Assembly: GCF_006345805.1 (NCBI RefSeq)
Contig: NW_021835264.1
Location: forward strand, 1 to 42,558
DNA length: 42,558 nt
Direction: 5' to 3'
From: Octopus sinensis
Lineage: Eukaryota
The position numbers and the translations under genes were made by a program. The notes under the pieces are model-generated. The model worked only from the letters and a program-made list of their open reading frames with translations. It did no database searches and was not told the origin of the DNA. Below, piece by piece: positions 1 through 10,029 of this stretch (position 1 is the first letter of the stretch; every line of letters starts with the position of its first letter).

Positions 1-468
1 GTCCTCCAGAGGACCATCATGGTTTCCTGGTCTCTTGTTCTAAAGGTTCTAAGAATCCTCCGGTCAGCCGCCTACATTTCATTGCCAATTTAGCAACATG
101 CACATGAAAGGTTGCATCATCACTCATGTAAATACCCAGGTCTCAGCACTGATTGTGCCTCTGGGATTGCAATCCTTCCAGGTCCAGTGTATTTATTGGG
201 TATTGCATTTAGTTTTGCATGCTGATAGTATAAAGCTCGAAACTTTTCAGCATTGAACTGCATGCTATTCTTTTCAGCCCACTTGAATATTTTGTCCAGC
301 TCACATTGCAGGTGCTTAGTGTCTTCAGGGTTCTGTATTGCCTGTGGAACTTTTGTATCATCTGCATAACTTGTGATTGTGGCTCTCTGCGTGGCTGAGA
401 GGGCCATTATGAACAGTAGTGGTCCCAAAACAGTGCCTTGCGGAACACCGCTCACTATTTGCGTGTTA
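1..468 (-). mobile_element. CR1/L2-clade LINE reverse transcriptase fragment (frameshifted, runs off window start)
   Basis: ORF 120..563(-) contains SGVPQGTVLGPLLF, YADDTK and MQFNAEKF RT motifs. After a frameshift near 120-150 it continues as xDLGIYMSDDATFHVHVAKL. The 5' end is cut by the (TA)n tract at ~471. Confidence 0.9.
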
Positions 469-470
469 AT

Positions 471-490
471 GATATATATATATACGTATG

Positions 491-524
<34 letters not shown>

Positions 525-565
525 CATATATATACATATATATATATACATATATATATACATGT
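471..565. repeat. (TA)n/(TACA)n microsatellite
   Basis: Directly visible; source of the IYMY-type ORFs. Confidence 0.95.
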
Positions 566-569
566 AAAT

Positions 570-978
570 ACATAATTCTCGTTATGTATTTTCTTGTACA
601 TGTATCTTTATTTTGTATTTATTGTTTTCTTGTATGTATTTTTATGTGCAGTTCTTTGGTACGTCCCTTTTTGTGTTACATTTTTTCTCGCTCGTTTACC
701 CCTCTACGAGTTTATTTTATTTCAATTCTCTCTTAGGAAGGCCTAGCTCGACTATACGTGTTCTGTCTCTGCCTTCGAAACACGTGTCTGCTAGCGACAG
801 ATGATGAAGGGGATTTTTCCTTGTGCAGCATGTCCTGTACTTCGTTTTTCTGCTGCACATAATTGTTTTTCACGTTTTCGGTTTCGTCTTGTTCCACATC
901 TCTGTCCTTCTGTTGTAACAAAATGTCCATTCCGTTTTCGTTCTGTTGATTTTTTCGTCTTCCTGTGATATCCTGTAC
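570..978 (+). mobile_element. Probable Penelope-like element tail with hammerhead-like motif (732-788)
   Basis: T-rich tail sequence containing CTTAGGA-AGGC...GCCTTC-GAAA-CACGTG-TC. Family assignment is by resemblance to PLE terminal repeats; no ORF. Confidence 0.4.
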
Positions 979-979
979 G

Positions 980-1335
980 TATATATATTTATATATGCAC
1001 GTATATATACATGTAGATGTTGGTACGTACATATATGTTTGTATGTAGGCATATATTTTATTTATTACATATATATACATATATATATATATACACACAT
1101 ATATATATACATATATATACATACATATACATATACATATATATACATACATATACATATATATACATACATATACATACATACATATACATACATACAT
1201 ATACATATATATACATATATATACATATATACATATATATATATACATACATATATATATATACATATATATACATATATACATATATATATATACATAC
1301 ATATATATATATACATACATATATATATATACATA

Positions 1336-1390
<55 letters not shown>

Positions 1391-1414
1391 ACATACATAT
1401 AACATATATTATAT

Positions 1415-1446
<32 letters not shown>

Positions 1447-1720
1447 CATACATTATATATACATACATATATATACATATGCATATAAATGATGATGATG
1501 ATATATATATACATACATATACATATGTATATATACATAATCATATATATATATATTATACATATGCATATATATACATACATATACATATATATATATA
1601 CATTATATACATATATATATACATATATATATATATATACATATATAATATATATATACATATATATTACATATATATATAATATATATATATATACATA
1701 ATATATATTATAACACATAT
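980..1720. repeat. Long compound (TA)n/(TACA)n microsatellite (~740 bp)
   Basis: Directly visible; explains ORFs 733..1398, 946..1488, 1017..1682, 1058..1405 and 1065..1718. Confidence 0.97.
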
Positions 1721-1721
1721 G

Positions 1722-1900
1722 TGACCTCGTGAGTACCGCTGGCGATTTTTTTCCTCTGTCTTTTTCCTCTCATATGATTCCGACGAAGAGCTCCGCTCGA
1801 AACGTTAAACCGTCCTTTTTCCCCTCTTTCCTGAGCGTCCAATAATACTTTCACGTCCTCGCGTTGTTGTGTTTTGTCATGTTTTCTTGTTTGGATTAAC
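1722..1900 (+). mobile_element. Penelope-like element terminal fragment with minimal hammerhead-like motif (1780-1814)
   Basis: CCGACGA-A-GAGC-TCC-GCTC-GAAA-CGTTAAACC-GTC in a CpG-retaining island between microsatellites, followed by a T-rich tail. Confidence 0.55.
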
Positions 1901-2073
1901 TACATATACATATATATATAATATATATATATATATACATACATACATACATATATATATACATATATATATATATATAAAAGCAATTAAGATTCAAGTC
2001 AATTCCAATGAATTTACTTGAATGTGGTACTTAACTGAGATGCACCAGAAAACTATATGGTGTTAACCATACA

Positions 2074-2096
2074 GTAATGTGGGGTGATTATAAACG

Positions 2097-2128
<32 letters not shown>

Positions 2129-2248
2129 ATATATATACATACATATATATACATATATAATATGTATATAATGTGGGGTGATTATAAACGTATATATATA
2201 TATATATATATATATAAATATATATACATACATATATATACATATAAG
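2074..2248. repeat. Local duplication of AATGTGGGGTGATTATAAACG plus (TA)n
   Basis: The same unique 21-mer occurs at ~2076 and ~2170, each followed by similar TA/TACA tracts. Confidence 0.8.
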
Positions 2249-2605
2249 GTCAGGGAACGAATAGTCAGAAGGAAGCTGATGACCTTCCTTGAAGAGAATG
2301 ACTTGCTGCCCGACACCCAACATGGTTTCCGACCAGGGAGAAGCTGTTTAACTCAGCTCCTACAACACTATGACTGGGTGCTGAAACGGCTGCTCAACCA
2401 CTCAAATGTGGAAGTGATATATCTCGACTTTGCAAAGGCCTTTGATAAAGTCGATCATGGAATGATATGTCACAAACTGCGTGATCTCAACATAGTTGGA
2501 AAACTGGGAGAATGGCTTCATGACTTTCTGAAAGATAGAAGTCAGGTGGTAGTAGCCAATAGTGAGCGGTGTTCCGCAGAGCACTGTTCTGGGACCACTA
2601 CTGTT
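2248..2605 (+). mobile_element. CR1/L2-clade LINE RT fragment (N-terminal RT half)
   Basis: ORF 2162..2638: QHGFRPGRSCLTQLL, VIYLDFAKAFDKVDH, WLHDFLKDRSQVVVAN, then SGVPQSTVLGPLL after a short deletion. Confidence 0.92.
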
Positions 2606-2659
2606 GGTCCCAGAACAGTTGCTAAAAAGCTTTCGTGAAGTAAAACCAAGTAGCAATAC

Positions 2660-2726
2660 CAAATGGCGGTGCCCCAGCATGGCCACAGTTCATAAGCTGA
2701 AACTAGAATCAATCAATCAATCAATC
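2660..2726 (+). mobile_element. SINE/LINE 3' tail remnant with (ATCA)n
   Basis: TGGCGGTGCCCCAGCATGGCCACAG...TGAAACTAG resembles the SINE 3' ends at 16741-16780 and 42020-42062(-). Confidence 0.5.
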
Positions 2727-3036
2727 ATATATAAATATATATACATACATATATATACATATATAAACATATATATATATATATATACATATATATATAA
2801 ATATATATACATACATATATAAATATATATACATACATATATAAATATATATACATACATATATAAACATATATAAATATATATACATATATAAATGTAT
2901 ATATATAGATATACATATATATATATACACACACACACATATATATACATATAAATATATACAGACATATGTATACATATATATATCCATGTATACATAC
3001 ACACATATATATGCATATATACTTATATATATATAT
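2727..3036. repeat. (TA)n/(TACA)n/(CA)n microsatellite
   Basis: Directly visible. Confidence 0.95.
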
Positions 3037-3084
3037 CATCATCATCATCAAATGGACGTTAAATGATGATGATGATAATATGTT

Positions 3085-3606
3085 GCAAAGACAGTGTGTG
3101 AGAGAGAATCATGATGTTGTAGGAAAGAAATGTGTTAGCATGGAGGATGGTTCACTTGCACTAGACGAGGCTGCAAAGGGAGAGGTTTGGAGACGCCACT
3201 ATGAAAGGTTGCTGAATAAAGAAAATGAAAGGGGGAAAGAGAGTCTGCCGAATGTTGACCCAGCAGAGGGACCAGCTATCCTAGTTGACAGTACCTTGGT
3301 AGATAAAGCACTTAAGAGTATAAAGACAGGGAAAGCCCCAGCCCAGCAGGAATCACTGCAGAGATTCTCAAAATATCTGGCAGTGTCGGCTATAACCTAG
3401 CTACCCGTATAGTTAACCAGGTGATACACGAAGGAGTCATACCCAATGAATAGTGTAGCAGCACCATAATCAACTGCTATAAAGGTAAGGGAGATGCTTT
3501 AGATACAAATAATTACAGAGGTATCAAGTTGTTAGATCAGGTAATGGAGATCACGGAGAGGGTCATAGCCCGACTAATCAGGGAGAGAGTCAGTTTAGAT
3601 GGCATG
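3085..3606 (+). mobile_element. RTE-clade LINE internal fragment (APE-RT linker to RT start)
   Basis: [15 protein letters not shown]...VWRRHYERLLN...KTGKAP, then CYKGKGDALDTNNYRGIKLLDQVM; contains frameshifts and stops. Confidence 0.9.
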
Positions 3607-6262
3607 GGTGCAAGTCGTCGGATGAGGTTCGATTTCGACTTCACTTGCCTCAACAGGTCTTCGCATGTCCAAGGAAGGAAAGGCATGCATAAGTGGGCTG
3701 GCTACATCCCTGGCAAAGGACACGGGATGGACTCACTTGTCCTGCCGGGTCTTCTCACGCACAGCATATTTCCAAAGGTCTCGGTCACTAGTCATTGTCT
3801 TAGTGAGGCCTAATGTTCGAAGGTCGTGCTTCACCACCTCGTCCCAGGTCTTCCTCTTCCATGGGTTCCCTCAACCGCTAGGGATTGGCACTTTTTCATA
3901 AACCTATCTTCATCCATTCTCGCCACATGACCATACCAGCGCAATCGTCTTTCTTGCACACCCCAGCTGATGCTCCTTAGATCCAACTTTTCTCTCAAGG
4001 TACTTACACTCTGTCGAGTATGTACACTGACATTACACATCCATCGGAGCATACTGACTTCATTCCTCATGAGTTTACGCATAAGCAGTCACAGCCCATG
4101 TTTCACTGCCATGTAGCATGGCTGTTCATACACATGCATCATACAGTCTGCCTTTTACTCTGAGTAAGAGGCCTTTTGTCACCAGCAGAGGTAAGAGCTC
4201 TCTGAACTTTGCCCAGGCTATTCTTATTCTAGCAGTTACACTCTCAGCACACCCATCCCCACTACTGACTTGGCCACCTAGGTAACTACTTCTAGTTTTT
4301 GTCCCTGGAAAGTGACGGAAGTTGTTTTTTGCAGGTTTTCAGTTTTTATTGCTCCTGAGCATCTGCCACATACAAAAACTATCTGCCTAGTTAGCCTTCC
4401 TTTGACATTGCTGCACCTCTTATGTGTCCATAGCTTATACTGGGTACATCTTATAGTTTCTACCTACACCTTTTCTATAGATCAAGCAGGGTCATCTACC
4501 TGAAGGCGTTTGTGGTTTGTCTACCTTTCTACTTATAAGGACTTTGGTTTTAGCTAGGTTGACTCTAAGGCCCTTCGATTCTAATCCTTGTTTCCACACC
4601 TGAAACTTCTCCAGTTCTGATAGTGACTCAGCAATTAGAGCAAGGTCATCAGCATAGAGGAGCTTCCAGGGGCATCCAGTCTTGAATTCCTCTGTTATTG
4701 CCTGGAGAACTATGATAAATAGGAGGGGACTGAGGACTGAACCTTGGTGGACCCCTACTTCTACCCGGAATTCTTCAGTGTACTCGTTGCCAACCCTCAC
4801 CTTACTGACAGCGTTCCTGTACATGGCCTGCACAGCTCTCACTAACCATTCATCTATCCCTATTTTCTTCATTGACCATCAGATAAGGGATTGGAGGACC
4901 CTGTCAAAGGCTTTCTTCATGTCAACAAAAGCCATGTACAGAGGTTTATCTTTGGCTAGGTATTTCTCCTGCAGCTGGCTTACCAGGAATATAGCATTAG
5001 TGGTGCTTTTCCCTGGCACAAACCCAAACTGCATTTCATCTAAACTAACTCTCTCTCTAATTAGTTGGGCTATGACCCTCTCTGTGACCTTCATTACTTG
5101 ATCCAGCAACTTGATACCTCTGTAATTATTTGTATCTAAGGCGTCACCTTTACCTTTGTAGCACTTGACTATTATGTTGCTACACCAGTCTTTGGTCCTC
5201 ACGGCGCAGAACATTGGCAAATGTTTCCTTATCTGCTTCATCTCTGGCTAAATAAACCTGTCTCCTAGCTTCCCTTCTGGCAGTCTGATACAATTCCCGG
5301 CTACCTTCGTTCTTCCAAGCCTGTTTCCTTTGTCTAATATCCCTGTCAACAACATTGTTCCACCACCATGTTACCTTGGGCCGAGAGGGGACTTTGCACG
5401 TTTCTAAATCTCTGCCTATTTGCAGGATCTTTAAGTTTCCAGACCATTCTCCTCCAGGCTGGTTTTCTGGGCAATCCATTCAGCCCTGATCCTGAAGTCG
5501 CTAACTACTAATCTATGTTGAGGGGTACATTCTTTGCCTGGGAAGGTTTTGGCATTTATAAGCAGTCCTCTTTCCCTTTTTCTGGTGAGGATATAGTCAA
5601 TTTGGCTAGTGTGTCTGCCAGAATGATAGGTGACTAGGTGATGGGCGGGTTTCCTGAAATTGGTATTGCAAACCATAAGATCATTTGCATCACAGAACTC
5701 CAGCAGTCTGGTTCCCTCCTCATTGCGTGAACCAAAACCATACCCTCCATGTATTACATGGAAGCCCCCTGCACGTTGTCCAACATGTCCAATGAAATCT
5801 CCAGCCACAAAGAGAAGATCTCTGTTGTTCGTCAACGAAGTAGTCTGCAATAGGGTGTCATAGAATCGGTCTTTCTGCCCCTCGGTAGCCCTGTCTGAGA
5901 GGGCATAGGCCGAGATAATGGTAGCTAACCTATAGTTAAGCATTAATCTAATCTTAAGTACTCTGTCACATACTCTGACTACCTTGATTACCTTATCAAC
6001 CCATTTCTCTGCAAGAAGTATACCCACGCCCCCGACCCCGTCAGTGTTCCCTGCCCACAAAATCTTGTACCTGTGTTCTTTGCCTGTGAGGAACCAAGCA
6101 GAACCTCCTCTCCACCTTACTTCTTGGATGCAGCACAAATCTACACGTCTCCGCTCAAGCATCTCAACAATCTCACCAGACCTACCTTTCAGTGTGCCAA
6201 CTCTGAGGGTGTGGGAGGTATGGGCCTGTGAGACCCTGGGATGAGGGACAGCAGTGTCCAAT
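3607..6262 (-). mobile_element. Near full-length decayed RTE-clade LINE (APE endonuclease + RT + Cys-rich finger + C-terminus), with internal deletion and truncated 3'UTR
   Basis: APE: CCIQEVRW, VAGDFIGHVG, SQIDYIL (5431..6354). RT: MQFGFVPGKSTT, AFVDMKKAFDRV, HQGSVLSPLLF, LLYADDL (4492..5241). C-terminus: RRLRWYGHVARM, GRGRP (3831..4082). The linker is deleted at the junction near 5185. Confidence 0.95.
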
Positions 6263-6429
6263 TTTGTCAAAATTATATATATTATATATATATATGTGTG
6301 TGTGTATATATACATACACACACGTGTGTAAATATATATACATGCTGTATACATGTGTGTAAATGTATATGTCTACATGTGTATGCATGTTTCTATATAC
6401 ATACAGATGATTGGATTGCTAATGTATAT

Positions 6430-6770
6430 TCATATGAGCATTGGACCTCACAGAAACAAAGTGGTGGAGTTCCTTTTGAGCGTTGGGCCTCACAGGGGAA
6501 AAGTGGCTGAGTTCCTTTCCAGTGTTGGGCCTCACACAGGCAATGACCAAGACCTTTGGTATTATGTCATGCTTGAGAAGACCCGGCAGATACTGGTGTC
6601 ACGCAAATAGCACCTGTATTGGTGACCCATTACACTCTTAGAGTGGTTGGCATTAGGAAGAGCATCCAGTCTACCAAATCAGACTGGAGTCTGGTGCAGT
6701 CTTCCAGCCCTGGTCAAACCATTGAACCCATGCCAGCAAGGACAACGGACGTTAAATGATGAGGATGATG
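6430..6770 (+). mobile_element. 5'-truncated RTE 3' end with (ATG)n tail
   Basis: GGGCCTCAC...CTTGAGAAGACCCGG, TGGCATTAGGAAGAGCATCCAG and AACGGACGTTAAATGATGAGGATGATG match the other RTE 3' ends in the window. Confidence 0.8.
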
Positions 6771-6879
6771 TACCTGTGTGCTGTTTATATTTTATCTGAC
6801 TATATATATATATGTGTGTGTGTTGTGTGTGTACATACATTTCTACTGCACAACTGCCTCTGCCCATCGTTATTCACAT

Positions 6880-7160
6880 CTTAGAATTAATCTTATTCTA
6901 ATTGTGGGCAGAGCCCTTGGTTTCCATCTTCCACATAGGCTATCTCATTGGTAATGCTTTCTTGTATGTAGGCAGAAATGTATTTGTTTTCTCAAATAAA
7001 TTACACTTCATATCTGAAGCTCTGATGAAACTGTAAGGTGTTACTCAGGCACTCAACTATGAGTCCATCACAGCTGTAAGCTAATGAACTTCATATGATA
7101 ATTGTTTTTTTCCCTTTGTCATCTCTTTTCTTATTACCACTCTGTACTTGACTAATGCTT
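6880..7160 (+). mobile_element. Degenerate Penelope-like tail with decayed hammerhead-like motif (7022-7085)
   Basis: CTGATGA-A-ACTGT...ACAG-C-TGTAAG followed by a T-rich tail; GAAA is decayed. Confidence 0.3.
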
Positions 7161-7344
7161 CATTCAGAGGAATATGTACACTGAGTTCTAAAACAGATTA
7201 TTAGTATCGCAATGCCTATTAAAATATAAACATATATGTACATGTATACACACATACACATGTTTTTTATTAAGAGACATAGGTTGTTGAAATTGCACAT
7301 GCTGGAAGAATAACTCTTCTTCCTGCTGTCATTGCAGAGAAATG

Positions 7345-8355
7345 TTTTGCAAGCTCAAGCAATATGTCGTCATTAAGTACTTGCTGAAGAATGGGGATTA
7401 AGATGCCTAACATTGACAGGAGGCAAGAAGTTGTTTACAGAGATGACAACTTGATAAGAGTAATGTGCACAGATGTATGAAGTATAAAGAAGGGAAAAAC
7501 TGCACTGAAGACAAACCACACAGTAGATCATCAACTGTAACCACAACTATGAATTACCTGTGAGTAGACTAACTGATTTGCACAGACAAAAGTGTCACAA
7601 TCCATGAGTTTGCTGCATAACTGTCAGAAGTATTACAAAAAATAGTGGAAGAAAGTGTGTTTGAAAGTGGGTGCAATGTGCGTAGTTTGGTAGTTGACAT
7701 TGAATTTGAAAAAGAGAAGGGTGGAAGGATGCTCTGATCTGCTGGAAGAATTTGAAGCCAATGAAGACATGTTTTATTCTGATCTAGTGACAGGTGATGA
7801 AACATAGGCATATCATTATGATCTGAGGGAAAAAAAAATAGTTTGGTCTATGGAATGTTCCAACACCACTGGTCTTTGTCTAAAGAAGTTCCAGAGGTAG
7901 CAATTGGTAACCATTTCTTGAGACGAGGAGCATCAGGCTCATTGATTTTTTTGGAACATAGCTGTACCATGAACTCTGAGCATTATATTAAGACACTAAA
8001 AAAGTTTAGAGAAGCCTATAGGAGGAAGACATGGGACAAAAATCTGAAAACAATACATAGGCAATCAACAAATTGTGCTGGTTAGTAATCCACAATATAT
8101 CCCAGATCTAGCATCTTCTGACTTCTACTTATTCATTCCAAATGATGAACAATCTTCGGGAAGAAGGATTCTGTGATGTAAATAAAATGAGGGTTGCTGT
8201 AAATATATGGATACTAAAGTGCACACGCAAATCTTATCATAAATATTCGAAAGTTGAGTTCAACGACAGTACAAATGCATTACTTATCAAGAAAAGAAAT
8301 GGGTATAGGGGAAGAGTTACTCTGCCAATAATTTTAATTTGAATGACCTATGTCA
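7345..8355 (+). mobile_element. Decayed mariner (DD34D-type) transposase remnant
   Basis: LVTGDET*AYHYD (~7785-7820), 'MNSEHYIKTLKKFREAYRRK', and PQYIPDLASSDFYLF (~8090-8135) resembling the YSPDLAPSDF motif; many stops and frameshifts. Confidence 0.8.
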
Positions 8356-8384
8356 ATCAAGAAAAAAAATTATGTCCAGTATAG

Positions 8385-8412
8385 CAATATTTTTTTGTCC
8401 AACCCTCGTATA
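8385..8412. repeat. Mariner-type terminal inverted repeat-like end
   Basis: TTTTTGTCCAACCCTCGTA-TA; its reverse complement TACGAGGGTTGGACAAAAA resembles mariner TACGAGGG termini, with a TA target. Confidence 0.45.
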
Positions 8413-8613
8413 CGGACGTATACATCCATATGTACACATACATATATATACACACACATATGTAAATTGAAATACTTATAACTACATATAAATGTATAGA
8501 CAGATACACACATTCGTATGAGTGTGTGTATCCATATATATATACTTAAGAATATATATATACCTATATCAATGTAGACACGTGTAAATATATATAAGTA
8601 CACACACACACAA

Positions 8614-8672
<59 letters not shown>

Positions 8673-8762
8673 GTACACATACACACGTATAATTGTGTAA
8701 AATAAGCAAGAGGTTATTTTATATAGTTGTGTGTGTGTGTGAGTATATATATATATATATAT
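8413..8762. repeat. Compound TA/CA/TG microsatellites
   Basis: Directly visible. Confidence 0.9.
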
Positions 8763-9254
8763 GAATGTTATTTACAAGTACCCAATATTACAACAGCAGT
8801 AAAATGGAGAACTTGGAATAATTCACCAGTTAATTCTGTTATAAAGAACTCCATAATGAAGCTGCAGAGTAGATTTCGCCTCTCGTTCACACACACTGCA
8901 GAAGAACATTCAGCTGTACCAAATACTTCTGCCACAGAAACCTATGGTTTATTTCACATAGAGACAGACAGGTCTAGTAGTCTTGTAACCATACACACAT
9001 GCATAAATACATACACACATACATATACATAAATATTGATGGACGCAGACATATACTTATTGCAGATAATGAATAATAGTTTGCACCATCACTCTCTTAA
9101 CACTTCATTCGAGAGAGTGTACTACATATATTTAAGAAATGTAATCAACGGTTGAATCGAAGAAAGAATTTTGTTAAAAAGGAAGATTTGGAATAAATGG
9201 AGAATAAGTGTGTAGATATATAAACATATACAATTGTATGTGTGTGTGTGTGTG

Positions 9255-9445
9255 TGTTGTTTAGCCCTAGGGCAGCCCTGACTGACCATCTTCTATGCTT
9301 AAAGGCCGTGCCAACCGTGATCAGCTTCTTTGAATAGCTAGGGCTACATTCACTGTCCTTCTTTCTTTTGAAGTCAGTAGGCGTGATCTAAGCAATTTGA
9401 CGGCTATTTCTAACAGCTCGAGCTTCTTCGTAGATGTACCTCTCA
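9255..9445 (+). mobile_element. Old SINE-like interspersed repeat
   Basis: GTTGTTTAGCCCTAGGGCAGCCCTGA...ATTTGACGGCTATTTCTAACAG; related decayed copies near 24990, 26750-27000(-), 27710, 33340-33510, 33630-33780, 37850-38000 and 39060-39200. Confidence 0.55.
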
Positions 9446-9925
9446 TAGCTTGTGAATGTATGTATAATATATGTGTGTGTATGGTGCATTATAAACAGCA
9501 GTAGTAATAGTAGACATCACTGTCAGTAGAGGGTTAGCTAAATAATTAATATAAACCATGGTAAACTCTCCTGCTGCTAGATAAATACTATATAATATAT
9601 ACGAACACTACAATATCGACAGACATTACATATTAACGATAGTTACTATGTATGTAATATATACATAAATAGAAATGTAAGTAGGTAGATACTATATAAT
9701 ATAGGCTGTTTTCTACACGGAGGGGGAGATCGGTGATCTTGCATACAAAACACCCAAGATGAAAATAATTATTGTTAATGGATTAGAGGTGATGATGTAT
9801 TGTTGAATTAACAGCTATAGATGCAAGAAAACCATATTTTGCCCAGTCTGTCAGTAGAAGTGAGAATGAAATCAAAAGAAAAAAAAACAACAAACTGGTC
9901 CCTCACTATATGACCAGTCAGCAGC

Positions 9926-9973
<48 letters not shown>

Positions 9974-10029
9974 ACACACACACACAGACGATTCAACTAT
10001 ATTCCACTCTTACCTTCTTTGGAAGTCGA

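Noticed and set aside
373-3051. Many long Y/I/H/T/M/C/V-rich ORFs (also 8370-8684, 36484-36847, 40612-41222)
   Set aside because: Translations of (TA)n/(TACA)n/(CA)n microsatellites that happen to lack stops; no protein signal.
3085-5240. Idea that the + strand RTE piece (3085-3606) is the segment deleted from the - strand RTE, relocated by inversion
   Set aside because: In the ~150-bp overlap (3450-3600 vs 5190-5040) the two differ at many, mostly third-codon, positions (roughly one in six by eye), indicating separate subfamily copies. The complementarity looks coincidental.
8790-8960. Open frames on both strands (ORF 8727..9032 and a minus frame VSVAEVFG...; also FFCSVCERE) as a possible exon
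   Set aside because: No convincing acceptor/donor pair and no recognisable protein family.
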